Assembly: GCA_038044745.1 (NCBI GenBank)
Contig: JBBSZK010000009.1
Coordinates: 245 to 64,244, forward strand
Length of the DNA: 64,000 bases
Reading direction: 5' to 3'
DNA from: Nanobdellota archaeon
GTDB taxonomy: Archaea; Nanobdellota; Nanobdellia; Pacearchaeales; GW2011-AR1
The position numbers were made by a program, and so were the translations under genes. Positions 1 to 8,853 of this stretch are shown piece by piece. The notes under the pieces are model-generated. The model did not search any database, had not been told where the DNA came from, and saw only the letters and a program-made list of their open reading frames with translations. How positions within the stretch are numbered: position 1 is the first letter of the stretch; each line of letters starts with the position of its first letter.

Positions 1-1104
1 TGTAAGGTCGCCCACAATCTGTGCATCTATCTCTCGAGCTTTGCCCCCTGCATAGTCTCCGGTTTCAGGACCCAAGATGCCATCAACACCAACGGGGCAA
101 ATGATATCAAGGCCATTATGGTGCCCCACATCATAATCTTCTTTACCATGACCCGGTGCGCAGTGCACAAGTCCGGTTCCATCAGACACGGTTACGTATC
201 GTGGCGCAGATACCACGCGATATCCTTTTTTTACTTCAATGCGCGTGTGTCGTGAAACGGGGTTTTCATATGTCCACCCGACAAGATCGGCACCCTTCCA
301 TGTTGTAACTAACGTATAACCCATTTCAAATTCTTGCATACGTTGCGGTACGAGGTCCTGCGCTATAATCCAATGCTCTCCTGCACTCGTTTTAATTTCA
401 TTATAGGAAATGTCGGGATGCACCATAACGCCTGTGTTCGCAGGGAGCGTCCACGGCGTTGTCGTCCAAATAATCAGAAACGTGTTTTTTCGATTCTTGA
501 CCGGAAATTTGACGTACACGGCGCGATCTTTCTGCACACCATACTCAATTTCGTTAAATGCAACGGCCGTAGCACACCGAGGACATACGTGCACAGGGTA
601 CGCACCTTTATAGAGCAGTTTTTTTTCGTACGCCTTTTTCAAAACAGCCCATATAGACTCAATGTATTCATCAGAAAGCGTAATATATGGGTTATCCCAA
701 TCCATCCAGACGCCTAAATTTTTGAACTCTTCGTTCATAACGCCGATATATTGCGTTGCATATTCGCGACATTTCTTAATAAACGCTTCAACACCATACG
801 CTTCTATATCTTGTTTTGATCGTGAACCAATTTCCTTTTCAACTTGCAGCTCAATAGGGAGCCCATGAGTATCGTATCCGGGTCGATCGAAAACATCACG
901 CCCTTGCATACGTTGCGAACGTATGGCCACATCTTTGAGCACCTTGTTAAGGGCAGTACCCATATGAATGTGGCCTGTTGCATACGGAGGACCATCCATA
1001 AGGTAAAACGGTTTTCCATGCGCACACTTTTTCTTCACCTTCTGGTATATATGTTCTTTCTCCCAGAACGCAAGAACATCCTTTTCGGAAACAAGCGGTG
1101 GCAT
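1..1104 (-). CDS. ileS: Isoleucyl-tRNA synthetase, N-terminal 368 codons; the gene runs off the left window edge
   Basis: Absent from the ORF track because no stop lies in the window. Manual reverse translation from ATG at 1104-1102 gives MPPLVSEKDVLAFWEKE... It contains the class I HIGH-type motif PPYATGHIHMGTA, plus TTPWTLPAN and GTGLVHCAPGHGKEDY, all typical of IleRS. The frame stays open to position 1. Confidence 0.85.
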   Translation of the reverse strand, partial: MPPLVSEKDVLAFWEKEHIYQKVKKKCAHGKPFYLMDGPPYATGHIHMGTALNKVLKDVAIRSQRMQGRDVFDRPGYDTHGLPIELQVEKEIGSRSKQDIEAYGVEAFIKKCREYATQYIGVMNEEFKNLGVWMDWDNPYITLSDEYIESIWAVLKKAYEKKLLYKGAYPVHVCPRCATAVAFNEIEYGVQKDRAVYVKFPVKNRKNTFLIIWTTTPWTLPANTGVMVHPDISYNEIKTSAGEHWIIAQDLVPQRMQEFEMGYTLVTTWKGADLVGWTYENPVSRHTRIEVKKGYRVVSAPRYVTVSDGTGLVHCAPGHGKEDYDVGHHNGLDIICPVGVDGILGPETGDYAGGKAREIDAQIVGDLT

Positions 1105-1128
1105 ATCGTAAACCCGAGTGCGTTCCTT

Positions 1129-1533
1129 TTATACCTTACTCTCCCATGCGCCGCGAACACGGGTCCATCGACGTCGATAACTCAGGAATAATGCAATCCC
1201 CGAACAGGCAAATATCGCTCCCGATCCTTGAGCAATCGCCTCTTGTTCGAACACGAGCGAAAGCACCATTGCCAAAACACTCACTCCCATAAGAGCCATA
1301 AACCATGGTCTTCCGAGCACCAACTCATCGCGCCCCAGCCAGGCAAGGTACACTCCTAAAGGAATCACTCCTGCCATGAACAGCAAGGCGCTGTCGACAG
1401 ACCATGCCACAAAAAACAGAGTTGCAATCGTAGCTACAAGAGCCCCAATAAACAGGGCAGAATATTCTTTAGCCACAATAAGCACAATCGCAGTCACAAA
1501 AAAAACGCCACCCAATAGATAAAGTGTAAACAT
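1129..1533 (-). CDS. Small integral membrane protein (about 4 TM helices), function unknown
   Basis: ORF 1129..1614 trimmed to the internal Met (MFTLYLLGGVFFVTAIV...) so that it abuts the CBS gene. The sequence is strongly hydrophobic. Confidence 0.55.
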   Translation of the reverse strand: MFTLYLLGGVFFVTAIVLIVAKEYSALFIGALVATIATLFFVAWSVDSALLFMAGVIPLGVYLAWLGRDELVLGRPWFMALMGVSVLAMVLSLVFEQEAIAQGSGAIFACSGIALFLSYRRRWTRVRGAWESKV

Positions 1534-1534
1534 A

Positions 1535-1912
1535 TTAATCGAATAGAAAATCCTTCTCGTTCGATTCTTCCGCCTCGGGAAGCAAATCTTTGCTCGAAAC
1601 AATGCCCACAACAACCCTCTCTTTTAACAAAGGTATGAAATTAATTCTGTTCTTCTTGAGAATTTTTATGACTTGTGCAGGAGAATCATCTATATCTGCA
1701 AAAATAATGGAAGTGGTCATGATCTCAGAGACAAACTCTTTATGGCCAAAATGTTTCACTAAATCTTCTTTAGTAACTATTCCTTCAATTTTGTTCGGTT
1801 TCCCGACCAAGGCCCCCAAACTATTTGTCTTTGTTAACAGCTTCGCAACGTCCTCTAATTTTTCCTTGGAAGAAACAAACACGGGTTTTCTCATCACGTC
1901 TTTCAGACTCAT
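1535..1912 (-). CDS. CBS-pair domain protein
   Basis: 125 aa with two CBS-like repeats (VMRKPVFVS...GALVG...GIVTKEDL and IMTTSIIFADID...IPLLKERVVVGIVSSKDLL). Confidence 0.7.
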   Translation of the reverse strand: MSLKDVMRKPVFVSSKEKLEDVAKLLTKTNSLGALVGKPNKIEGIVTKEDLVKHFGHKEFVSEIMTTSIIFADIDDSPAQVIKILKKNRINFIPLLKERVVVGIVSSKDLLPEAEESNEKDFLFD

Positions 1913-1947
1913 AAGCCCGAGAAAAACGTCCTCTTATTTAAAAGTGC

Positions 1948-3195
1948 CTATCGTCCACGTCCACGACCGAACGAACCTCGAGAACCATATCGTCCGCTAC
2001 TACGCCCACTGCCTCGACGCGAATCAAACGGTCTGCCACGCCCACCGCCCCTAAATGAGCTCCTGCGTTCTATGCGCAGTTGAATGGGCTCGAGTTCAGG
2101 CACGGGAGTCTGTTCTATCTTGAGCGTGTCATCTCGTAAAACCATCCTAAAGTTATCATAATCTCGGTCAGACACCAAGCTCAAGGCCTTGCCTTCACTA
2201 CCTGCACGCGCAGTGCGTCCAATGCGATGAATGTATTCTTTGCTGTTGGGGGGAAGGTCATAATTATACACATGTGAAACGCCCTTGATGTCAAGTCCCC
2301 GCGCGGCAACATCAGTGCACACAAGTACATAGAACTCATTGGTTCGAAATATCTCCATAATTCGGTTGCGTCGAGATTGAGTAAGCCCCCCATGGATTGC
2401 GAGCGCTTGAACACCATTTGCCTTCAAATGCGTAGCTACAAAGTCAGCATTATGGCGAGTATTGCAAAAGACCATCACCAATCCGCGCTTTTCTTGTTTA
2501 AGCAGATGCACTAACAGTGAAAATTTCAAGTGCTTTGGAACATCATAAAACGTCTGAACCAATTTACTGGGGTCTACACGCTCGCCTGCAGAAACTTCCG
2601 AAGGAGATTTCATGTAGCGTTGTGCGATATGCGCAATATCGGGCGATATGGTCGCCGAGAACAAAAGGGTCTGTCTATCGCGAGGGCATGCTTCAATAAT
2701 GTGCGTAACGTCTTCGATAAATCCCATGTCCAGCATACGGTCCGCCTCATCAAGGATTAATACTTTTATTTTAGAAAGTCTGAAGCTTCCGCGCTCGAGA
2801 TGATCTAAAATACGCCCGGGTGTTCCAACAACAATATCTGCGCGTTCAAGCGCATCTATCTGCGGAGCCATGCCCACACCACCGTAAATAATCGCCGTGT
2901 GAAGTTTCGTATGGCGTGCGAATTTTTGTAAAGACACCCCCACCTGCTCGGCGAGCTCTCGCGTAGGGGCCAATATAAGGGATTGTATTCCTTCTCCATG
3001 ACGAAGGTTTTCAATGAGTCCTGCGCCAAATGCAAGCGTTTTACCCGACCCTGTTGCGGAACATCCGATAACATCTTTGCCCGCAAGCCCGAGGGGAATT
3101 GTTTTCTCCTGAATGTCGGTGGGTTCATGGATGTGCAACTGACTCAATGTGCGCAAAAACGCTTCACTCAATCCTAAATCGCTAAAGGAAACCAT
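1948..3195 (-). CDS. DEAD-box ATP-dependent RNA helicase with RGG-rich C-terminal tail
   Basis: Q-motif region, Walker A AxTGSGKT (SATGSGKTLAF), PTRELA, DEAD (ILDEADRM), SAT, HGGLTQSRR and the HRIGRTARAG motif. The tail is RGGGRGRPFDSRRGSGRSSGRYGSRGSFGRGRGR. Confidence 0.92.
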   Translation of the reverse strand: MVSFSDLGLSEAFLRTLSQLHIHEPTDIQEKTIPLGLAGKDVIGCSATGSGKTLAFGAGLIENLRHGEGIQSLILAPTRELAEQVGVSLQKFARHTKLHTAIIYGGVGMAPQIDALERADIVVGTPGRILDHLERGSFRLSKIKVLILDEADRMLDMGFIEDVTHIIEACPRDRQTLLFSATISPDIAHIAQRYMKSPSEVSAGERVDPSKLVQTFYDVPKHLKFSLLVHLLKQEKRGLVMVFCNTRHNADFVATHLKANGVQALAIHGGLTQSRRNRIMEIFRTNEFYVLVCTDVAARGLDIKGVSHVYNYDLPPNSKEYIHRIGRTARAGSEGKALSLVSDRDYDNFRMVLRDDTLKIEQTPVPELEPIQLRIERRSSFRGGGRGRPFDSRRGSGRSSGRYGSRGSFGRGRGR

Positions 3196-3243
3196 ATCGT
3201 ATATTCGACATAAAAATGCGCAAAAGTACCTTTTTATAGTTAA

Positions 3244-3654
3244 CTAATGAACGCCCATCTCTTTTGCTCGCTTTCTATGCGCGGCAAGTGAATCAATACT
3301 CCAAAAAGTAGCTCCCTGCAAGAAAAGAAAGAACGTCGCTGCTGCGAGTCCAAAATCTCGAACGCCTAAGGGCGTAAATCCTATGCTCACTGTGATTCCT
3401 AAAAGATGGAGTGACAGCACAAGAGCTGAAAACCTTGTATATAATCCGATAAGCAGGAACGTTCCTAGTGTTAATTCAAGAAGCCCATTGAACACAACGA
3501 TATTTGCCGAAGTGATTGCTACGCTGGTCAAAAAAGAGGGAACAAACCCTGTCCAATTATCAGGAGCATACACTTGTTGGAACCCAAAGTACAGAAAGAC
3601 GAACGCCATAGCTATTCGCAAAAATACGGGTGCGTAGAAGGGTAATGGTTTCAT
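3244..3654 (-). CDS. DoxX-family membrane protein
   Basis: 136 aa with 4 predicted TM segments. N-terminus LRIAMAFVFLYFGFQQV resembles DoxX. It lies 1 nt downstream of the cytochrome b5-like gene. Confidence 0.6.
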   Translation of the reverse strand: MKPLPFYAPVFLRIAMAFVFLYFGFQQVYAPDNWTGFVPSFLTSVAITSANIVVFNGLLELTLGTFLLIGLYTRFSALVLSLHLLGITVSIGFTPLGVRDFGLAAATFFLFLQGATFWSIDSLAAHRKRAKEMGVH

Positions 3655-3655
3655 G

Positions 3656-4102
3656 TTAGTTTCCCAAGGGCCCCTTCACATCAAAGTCCCCTATAAACGT
3701 GGCCACTTTTACAAGAAGTCCGGCTTTGCTTGTGCCGTGTTGTCGCGTGAATGCCTGCTCAAACTCACTCGCGCTACCACAATAACGAGCAATTGCGTTT
3801 GTACCGCCCGGATGTCGATCGAGGTACGAGGTCATATCGTACACTTTTCCTTTATACGCAATCCAGCAATCACTTGCACTCGCGTGTTGAGCCAAGGTAG
3901 CAATAGGAATCAGCGTCGACTCGGTTGTACCTCCCGTACCCGAAGAGGACTGGTTCGCAGACGCAGTAGTAGTGGCGGTAGCGTTTTCTATTCGAAGAAG
4001 GCTATCAGAGGTATCAGAGGTTCCTTGATACACGCGAACTAAAAAGCTGAATCCGAACACCAATAAAATAATAAGTCCTGCAAGAATAATCTTCAAATTC
4101 AT
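3656..4102 (-). CDS. Membrane-anchored cytochrome b5-like heme/steroid-binding domain protein
   Basis: N-terminal TM helix, Ser/Thr-rich linker, then HASASDCWIAYKGKVYDMTSYLDRHPGG, which matches the cyt b5-like HPGG core. Confidence 0.7.
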   Translation of the reverse strand: MNLKIILAGLIILLVFGFSFLVRVYQGTSDTSDSLLRIENATATTTASANQSSSGTGGTTESTLIPIATLAQHASASDCWIAYKGKVYDMTSYLDRHPGGTNAIARYCGSASEFEQAFTRQHGTSKAGLLVKVATFIGDFDVKGPLGN

Positions 4103-4159
4103 ACAAAAACGAAAGACAATTCCCTTATAAACATTATGAACAAACAGGAAACTAGTTAA

Positions 4160-4555
4160 ATGATCGCGCTTTTCATTAATATGCGAAAAGGAACTTCGCG
4201 TTGGCTTTATTGGACGCCAAGAATCATTTCAATCGTGTTTATTCTATTTTTAGCGCTGTTCTCCCTTGATGTTATAACTCCCGAAGCAACCTTTTGGCAA
4301 ATACTCGGAGGACTCGTTATGCACAACATCCCCGTGTTCATTTTAATCATCGTGCTTGTCGTTGCATGGAAACGCGAATATGTGGGTGCGATTGCATTCG
4401 CACTTGCAGGGCTGCTTTACCTCCTTCTCATGCTCATAAGCGCGATTAGAAATCCCCTCGAGTGGTATGCCCTCTCCTATTCGGTTATCATTGCAGGACC
4501 CGCATTTGGTATCGCCATGCTCTTTTATCTTAACTGGAAAAAGAAGAACCGTTAA
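4160..4555 (+). CDS. Integral membrane protein, unknown function
   Basis: 131 aa with 4 hydrophobic segments. An alternative start exists at Met8 (4181). Confidence 0.6.
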   Translation: MIALFINMRKGTSRWLYWTPRIISIVFILFLALFSLDVITPEATFWQILGGLVMHNIPVFILIIVLVVAWKREYVGAIAFALAGLLYLLLMLISAIRNPLEWYALSYSVIIAGPAFGIAMLFYLNWKKKNR

Positions 4556-5106
4556 AGGAGTCTCGTGCGTTTCTCTCGTGTATGGCTGACAATACGCTCA
4601 ATGCGTTTGTGCTGCGTCTCTACTTGTTTTGCACGAGCAAGCCAACGCAGGTAGGTTCGCCTTACAGAAGGTGAAAATGCCTGAAATTGTTTTAGAAGTC
4701 CTTCTTGTTCTAACGCCCGCTTCAACGAGGAGGGAATCTGAGGGTTTTTGGGGATTCCATGGTCATGCGTGGGTTTTGAAAGCCCTTCCTTATATCGTCG
4801 TATACCTTCAGGAGCCATCTTGCCTTCGGAGAGTAATTGCTTAGCATAGCGCAACGTGTTGTCACTCCATTTACTCGTGTCGGTTCGTCGAGCGAATCGC
4901 CGAACATACGTGTCCTCATCAATACGTTTAAGGATAGTGTCAATCCATCCAAAACAAATCGCATCATGCATTGCTTCCTGATGAGAAAGAGAAGGTCTGC
5001 CGGTATGTTTCTTGTATACAAGAAGTTCAACGCGTGTCTCTTTCAGATGATTATCAGAAAGCCATAGTCTCCATGCATCCCGCGTGTTAGCTTCAATACG
5101 CTTCAT
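4552..5106 (-). CDS. YdeI/OmpD-associated (bacteriocin-protection-like) family protein
   Basis: AICFGWIDTILKRIDEDTYVRRFARRTDTSKWSDNTLRYAKQLLSEGKMAPEG matches the remembered YdeI/OmdA family core. Confidence 0.6.
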   Translation of the reverse strand: MKRIEANTRDAWRLWLSDNHLKETRVELLVYKKHTGRPSLSHQEAMHDAICFGWIDTILKRIDEDTYVRRFARRTDTSKWSDNTLRYAKQLLSEGKMAPEGIRRYKEGLSKPTHDHGIPKNPQIPSSLKRALEQEGLLKQFQAFSPSVRRTYLRWLARAKQVETQHKRIERIVSHTREKRTRLL

Positions 5107-5142
5107 TTCTAAAAAAAGAAAAAGACCTACATAAAACTATCT

Positions 5143-5610
5143 TTAGTTTGCAGATTCGTCAGAATCCTCGGAGTCATCTGACGCGTCAGACTCAACGGAG
5201 TTTTCTGATTCTGTATCATCGCTTTCAAGAACGTCTTCGGATTCGTTATCACCGACCATTTCCAAGTCTGCGAGGGTAAGGAGTATTTTATCCAGTTTTG
5301 CATTAATCTGTTTGAGTTGGTCAAGGGATACGTTTGATTGCGGCCCCGTTCTTTCGGAAGTTCGCGGTCTAAACGACGGGCGTGCATCGCCGTCAGGCCT
5401 AAAGCATTCACTGCAAAAGACAGGTTTCGTACCAGTTGGCCGAAAAGGAACTTGACAATGTTTTCCACACTTACTACACTCTGCATCGTGCATCTGTGGT
5501 CGTCCTCGGTCCGCATTTCGATCGCGGTTAAATCTACTTCTGCTCTCAAAGCTACTTGGTCGACCACCAAATCTGCGACCTTCTCGATTATCTCGTCCAA
5601 AATCTCTCAT
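5143..5610 (-). CDS. CxxC-x17-CxxC zinc-finger protein with Arg-rich N-terminus and acidic tail
   Basis: CSKC-17 aa-CSEC exactly fits the CxxC-x17-CxxC domain. The N-terminus is RGG/RDR-rich and the C-terminus is an SDE-rich acidic tail. The overlapping ORF 5127..5600 is judged spurious. Confidence 0.7.
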   Translation of the reverse strand: MRDFGRDNREGRRFGGRPSSFESRSRFNRDRNADRGRPQMHDAECSKCGKHCQVPFRPTGTKPVFCSECFRPDGDARPSFRPRTSERTGPQSNVSLDQLKQINAKLDKILLTLADLEMVGDNESEDVLESDDTESENSVESDASDDSEDSDESAN

Positions 5611-5763
5611 AGAGAATCAGACAGAAGTGCTCTTATAAAGGTATGTATGGGTCTAAACAGCACCGAGGTAGTTGAGCACGTCTGCAGGCAGGGCACGTAA
5701 TCTTTGCTTTTTCATCCTATCCGTTACTCTCTCGTTATTTAAAATTTTCTTAGATTATGGCGT

Positions 5764-6084
5764 TTAACCAAAAAAACTAGCGTAGACCAATAAGGAAATA
5801 AAAAATACAAGCGTTATGAGGACAAGCATCCCAATCGTATGCCCAAGCAGAGAAATAGCCTCTTTCTTTTTTCCATCAACATATAACATGGCCGGCTTCC
5901 CAAACACCAAAAACCCTGTGATGGCAGCAGAGCAAACAAACAACAAAAGCATAGCCATGGGGATAAGTATAGTCTCCTTTGACCCTTGAAAAACCTGCAG
6001 AGAAAAAATAAATGTTACTATTAGGGCGATATAGGCTGCCGTTCCCACAGAATCAATAAGTGCCCGTTTTAGTAAGGGATTCAT
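5764..6084 (-). CDS. Small membrane protein (3 TM), unknown function
   Basis: ORF 5764..6153 trimmed to Met24 (MNPLLKRALIDS...). The upstream extension would read through the 13-bp att-like repeat at 6129-6141. Confidence 0.55.
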   Translation of the reverse strand: MNPLLKRALIDSVGTAAYIALIVTFIFSLQVFQGSKETILIPMAMLLLFVCSAAITGFLVFGKPAMLYVDGKKKEAISLLGHTIGMLVLITLVFFISLLVYASFFG

Positions 6085-6128
6085 GTCAAAGAATAGCGTT
6101 CGTCTTTTTAAACGATTGGAAAGATAAG

Positions 6129-6141
6129 TACGCCCGGACCA
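6129..6141. repeat. Direct repeat of the tRNA-Ser 3' end (distal att-like site)
   Basis: tacgcccggacca is 13/13 identical to 7298-7310 in the same orientation. That site comprises 2 flanking nt, the discriminator, the acceptor 3' strand and 3 nt of the T-stem of tRNA-Ser. Confidence 0.8.
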
Positions 6142-6230
6142 AACCCGGCTCACTTTTGCATAATCCGTGGGACTCTATTGATTAGGTACTTCTGTATGTT
6201 TCGCGAGTTTTATAAATCTTGTCGATAAGC
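6142..6230 (+). repeat. Conserved element left arm (copy S)
   Basis: Shares an ordered motif series with copies A and B: cac/catttg, attaggtac (6181-6189), and the TATA-like tttataaatcttgtcgata (6208-6226). Confidence 0.6.
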
Positions 6231-6277
6231 AAGTGACCAACGGAAGATTTATATACCGGTAAGATATTCTTACCTTC

Positions 6278-6544
6278 ATGGAAATAGAACTTACAAAAAT
6301 AAGTAGTAAGGGACAAATAGTCATACCCTTAGATGTGAGAAGAAAACTTGCTCTTAAGGATGGAGAAACATTTGCAGTTTCTACTGAAGATGATTTAATT
6401 GTATTGAAAAAGGTAAAAAACCCTATGGAAGCAGATGATTTGCGTACTCTTAAAGAGATAAAAGAGGCGTGGAAAGAGATTGCCAAAGGAAAATATCGAA
6501 AGATGAACAAAGAAGATTTCCTCAAGGAAATTGATACATGGTAA
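6278..6544 (+). CDS. AbrB/SpoVT-family antitoxin
   Basis: SSKGQIVIPLDVRRKLALKDGETFAV is a SpoVT/AbrB swapped-hairpin motif. The stop TAA is immediately followed by the ATG of the toxin gene. Confidence 0.8.
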   Translation: MEIELTKISSKGQIVIPLDVRRKLALKDGETFAVSTEDDLIVLKKVKNPMEADDLRTLKEIKEAWKEIAKGKYRKMNKEDFLKEIDTW

Positions 6545-6790
6545 ATGGTAGAATATATCTTTACAGAAAAATTTGAGAAGGAATTTAGAAAAGCAGACAA
6601 TTCTATTAAAGAAAAAGCACGAAAGCAAATAAAAAAGATACTTGAAGACCCAGAAACCGGAAAACCATTACGATACGATCTAAAAAGCGAGAGAACTGTT
6701 TATGTTAAACCCTTTAGAATAATCTACTCGTTCTCGAATAACACAATCTACTTCCTACGATTTGAACATCGTGGCGAAGTTTACGAGTAA
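6545..6790 (+). CDS. RelE/ParE-family toxin
   Basis: 81 aa. KFEKEFRK..., GKPLRYDLKSERTVYVKPFRIIYSF..NTIYFLRFEHRGEVY matches the RelE/ParE fold pattern. It is contiguous with the antitoxin gene. Confidence 0.8.
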   Translation: MVEYIFTEKFEKEFRKADNSIKEKARKQIKKILEDPETGKPLRYDLKSERTVYVKPFRIIYSFSNNTIYFLRFEHRGEVYE

Positions 6791-6843
6791 GAATCGGCAA
6801 TTCTATATTGGCTAATCTGCAGGAAGGCACTAACTAGATTGTG

Positions 6844-7203
6844 TTATGAGAAAAGCAAAAACTGATGTCCTTCTTCAACTTGAGGAATTTTTCCAGTTAA
6901 GTAAGTTTTGACGGTTTCCCAAAATCCTTTCGGTTTTCTTTCATTCAATATTCGACCCACATAGTCTTCTCCGTGTCTTCGCGTGAGCGCAACAACCGCT
7001 CCTCTCGCTTCGAAAGCTGGATGGTTATCACTTAAAGCTAGAAGTCGTTCGTTTTCATGAAAAGGTTTAGTTTTTTGTTGAGCAATGTAAAACTCAATTC
7101 TTGCTTCTAAAACATCTGATGACACAGAACTAAGTCTATCCGCTCTTGCTTGAACTTTCAGAGCATTATGGAACTCAAACGAGTAACCGAATCCACTTAT
7201 CAT
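6844..7203 (-). CDS. Hypothetical protein (119 aa), cargo of the tRNA-Ser islet
   Basis: Clean ORF with no recognisable motif. Confidence 0.5.
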   Translation of the reverse strand: MISGFGYSFEFHNALKVQARADRLSSVSSDVLEARIEFYIAQQKTKPFHENERLLALSDNHPAFEARGAVVALTRRHGEDYVGRILNERKPKGFWETVKTYLTGKIPQVEEGHQFLLFS

Positions 7204-7299
7204 ATAAAATCCTCTAAGACCAGCTTTTTAAGCCTTTCTAGAGTGCCCTCATTTAATCTGATTTTATCGAAGCCCCATGAAAAATGCAAAAGTGTAATA

Positions 7300-7384
7300 C
7301 GCCCGGACCAGGATTTGAACCTGGGAAACGCTTGCGCGTAACGAGATTAGCAATCTCGCGCCGTAACCGCTGGGCCATCCGGGC
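7300..7384 (-). tRNA. tRNA-Ser (anticodon GCU)
   Basis: Reverse complement is GCCCGGA TG GCC..GGC G CGAGA TTGCTAA TCTCG. It has a long variable arm (ACGC-GCAA-GCGT), T-arm CCAGG TTCAAAT CCTGG, acceptor TCCGGGC and discriminator G. CCA is not encoded. Confidence 0.9.
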
Positions 7385-7453
7385 ACGACTGTCCGAGATA
7401 AAAGTCGTTTATAAGTGTTGCCCTTGAAACAATCTGCCAAAAAGTAAGCGCAT

Positions 7454-7681
7454 TCATCGTTTCGCCTTCTTTTCAGCACGAATTATCATTTCTTTCTTAA
7501 GGCCCAAAAATACACCGCCTTCTTTACCTCCGACATACGTCGATTCACCAGGCTTGATGATATCGTTCAACGCGCTAAGTTCAACGTCAATATGAGTAAT
7601 CTGTGCACGCGATTTACCTTTCAGATGAATATACACATCAGCCGTGCCGATTTTCAGTTTGCCCTCGCCTGGCCCGCTCAT
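7454..7681 (-). CDS. Hypothetical small protein (75 aa)
   Basis: Start overlaps the stop of the upstream SGNH hydrolase gene by 4 nt (7678-7681), suggesting co-transcription. No motif recognised. Confidence 0.5.
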   Translation of the reverse strand: MSGPGEGKLKIGTADVYIHLKGKSRAQITHIDVELSALNDIIKPGESTYVGGKEGGVFLGLKKEMIIRAEKKAKR

Positions 7682-8340
7682 GGAATAAGCCTCTGCTTAA
7701 TAAGACTCTCACGAACGATTTCAAATATTTTTTGATGACCTTCATTGTTCAAATGTACTCCATCGGGAAACATCTTCTGATACCTCAACATCTTCTTGAT
7801 CGGGGTGTAAATATCAATAAATGGAGTCTTTTCTCTTGCACAAATCTGAGCAACGCGCGCATCGTACTGCTCAATGTATTTTTCTTTATACGAGCAGTCT
7901 TTCAACCAAGGAATCGGGTCAACACGCGACTCGTCAATAGGTTTGCTACTAAAGAAAATCACATGATTCGTATAGGTTTTGGCGATCTTGATAATCTTCC
8001 GAACATTCTCACCATAGGTATCAATAGAAACATGAAACTTTTTCGTTTTATTGTTAAATATTGCATCGTTCGTTCCGACTGAGACAAGTATAATGACCTC
8101 TTCGCCTTCGTCTTTGAGTTCTAAACGTCGCTCTGTTTCGAATGTAATGCGTTTCAGAATTCCTTCCGATGTATCTCCCGAAATTCCCAAATTGTAAACC
8201 ATATAATACAGACTAGCGTCTTTCAATTGTTTCTCATCAAGATAATGTCTGAAACGTTGTACCCACCCTCCTTCTAAATCCCAAGCCCCATAGGTAATAC
8301 TTGTGCCAAAGACAAGAATAATCGTCATTGGCCTACGCAA
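7678..8340 (-). CDS. SGNH/GDSL-family hydrolase
   Basis: Block I LVFGTSITYG, block II GISGDTS, block III VGTNDA, block V DGVHLNNEGH. Confidence 0.8.
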   Translation of the reverse strand: MRRPMTIILVFGTSITYGAWDLEGGWVQRFRHYLDEKQLKDASLYYMVYNLGISGDTSEGILKRITFETERRLELKDEGEEVIILVSVGTNDAIFNNKTKKFHVSIDTYGENVRKIIKIAKTYTNHVIFFSSKPIDESRVDPIPWLKDCSYKEKYIEQYDARVAQICAREKTPFIDIYTPIKKMLRYQKMFPDGVHLNNEGHQKIFEIVRESLIKQRLIP

Positions 8341-8361
8341 GAGAACAGGATTAAAATACCT

Positions 8362-8778
8362 TTACATCCAATAGCCAATAATCGCACCCTGTATCAGGAG
8401 TGCAACAAGCCAATGCGTCGCATTAATCAAAAAAAGAGTGATTGATTTACCTTCCCACAACACCGAGCCCAGTGTAATAGTGGCGACGAATCCAAGCCAG
8501 ACCCAAAAGCCCATCGAAATACCGCCAAGTACACCAATAGCACCACTCAACGAAACAAGAAACGCAAGCATCCATGCCATAACAATTTGTGCGATGAGCC
8601 CCACAATCATCGAAACGACCATAGAATTATTTTTTGATGCGCCCGCTTTAGAACGCTTCATTTCGCGCGCCCATACACCCCCGAACAGAACGGAAGAATA
8701 CCAGAACCATCCTGCCATAAAGCTCACAATGGCAGCAACAATAACCGGAAGTATAGAAACACTAAATGCAAACCCCAT
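8362..8778 (-). CDS. DUF1761-like membrane protein
   Basis: 138 aa with 4 TM segments. N-terminus ...IVSFMAGWFWYSSVLFGGVWAREM resembles DUF1761. Confidence 0.6.
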   Translation of the reverse strand: MGFAFSVSILPVIVAAIVSFMAGWFWYSSVLFGGVWAREMKRSKAGASKNNSMVVSMIVGLIAQIVMAWMLAFLVSLSGAIGVLGGISMGFWVWLGFVATITLGSVLWEGKSITLFLINATHWLVALLIQGAIIGYWM

Positions 8779-8853
8779 TCATGTACCAGAGGTTCGCTCT
8801 TTAAAAACCTGTCGAAGGAATGTTTAAAAGCCCTACGTGATGACAATATACAT

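Larger units (their letters stand above)
6129..7310. mobile_element. Integrase-less islet (about 1.2 kb) inserted at the 3' end of tRNA-Ser; cargo is an AbrB/RelE TA pair plus one orphan
   Basis: 13-bp direct repeats at both ends. A perfect 10-nt inverted repeat sits just inside them (cacttttgca 6151-6160 and tgcaaaagtg 7285-7294). The interior is AT-richer, and the left arm is homologous to the arms at 37968-38064 and 39296-39388. Confidence 0.65.

Noticed and set aside
334-1292. Six plus-strand ORFs of 64-127 aa (334..717, 410..613, 662..868, 844..1191, 1098..1292) and the minus-strand ORF 804..1025
   Set aside because: They lie antisense to or out of frame with a continuous minus-strand reading frame (1-1104) that carries unmistakable IleRS motifs. 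Their sequences are low-quality (Cys/Arg/His-rich) and have no motifs.
6844-7203. Candidate degenerate integrase within the tRNA-Ser islet
   Set aside because: It is only 119 aa with no R-H-R-Y catalytic pattern. ...ALTRRHGEDY... is too weak a match. No integrase could be supported in any of the three elements.
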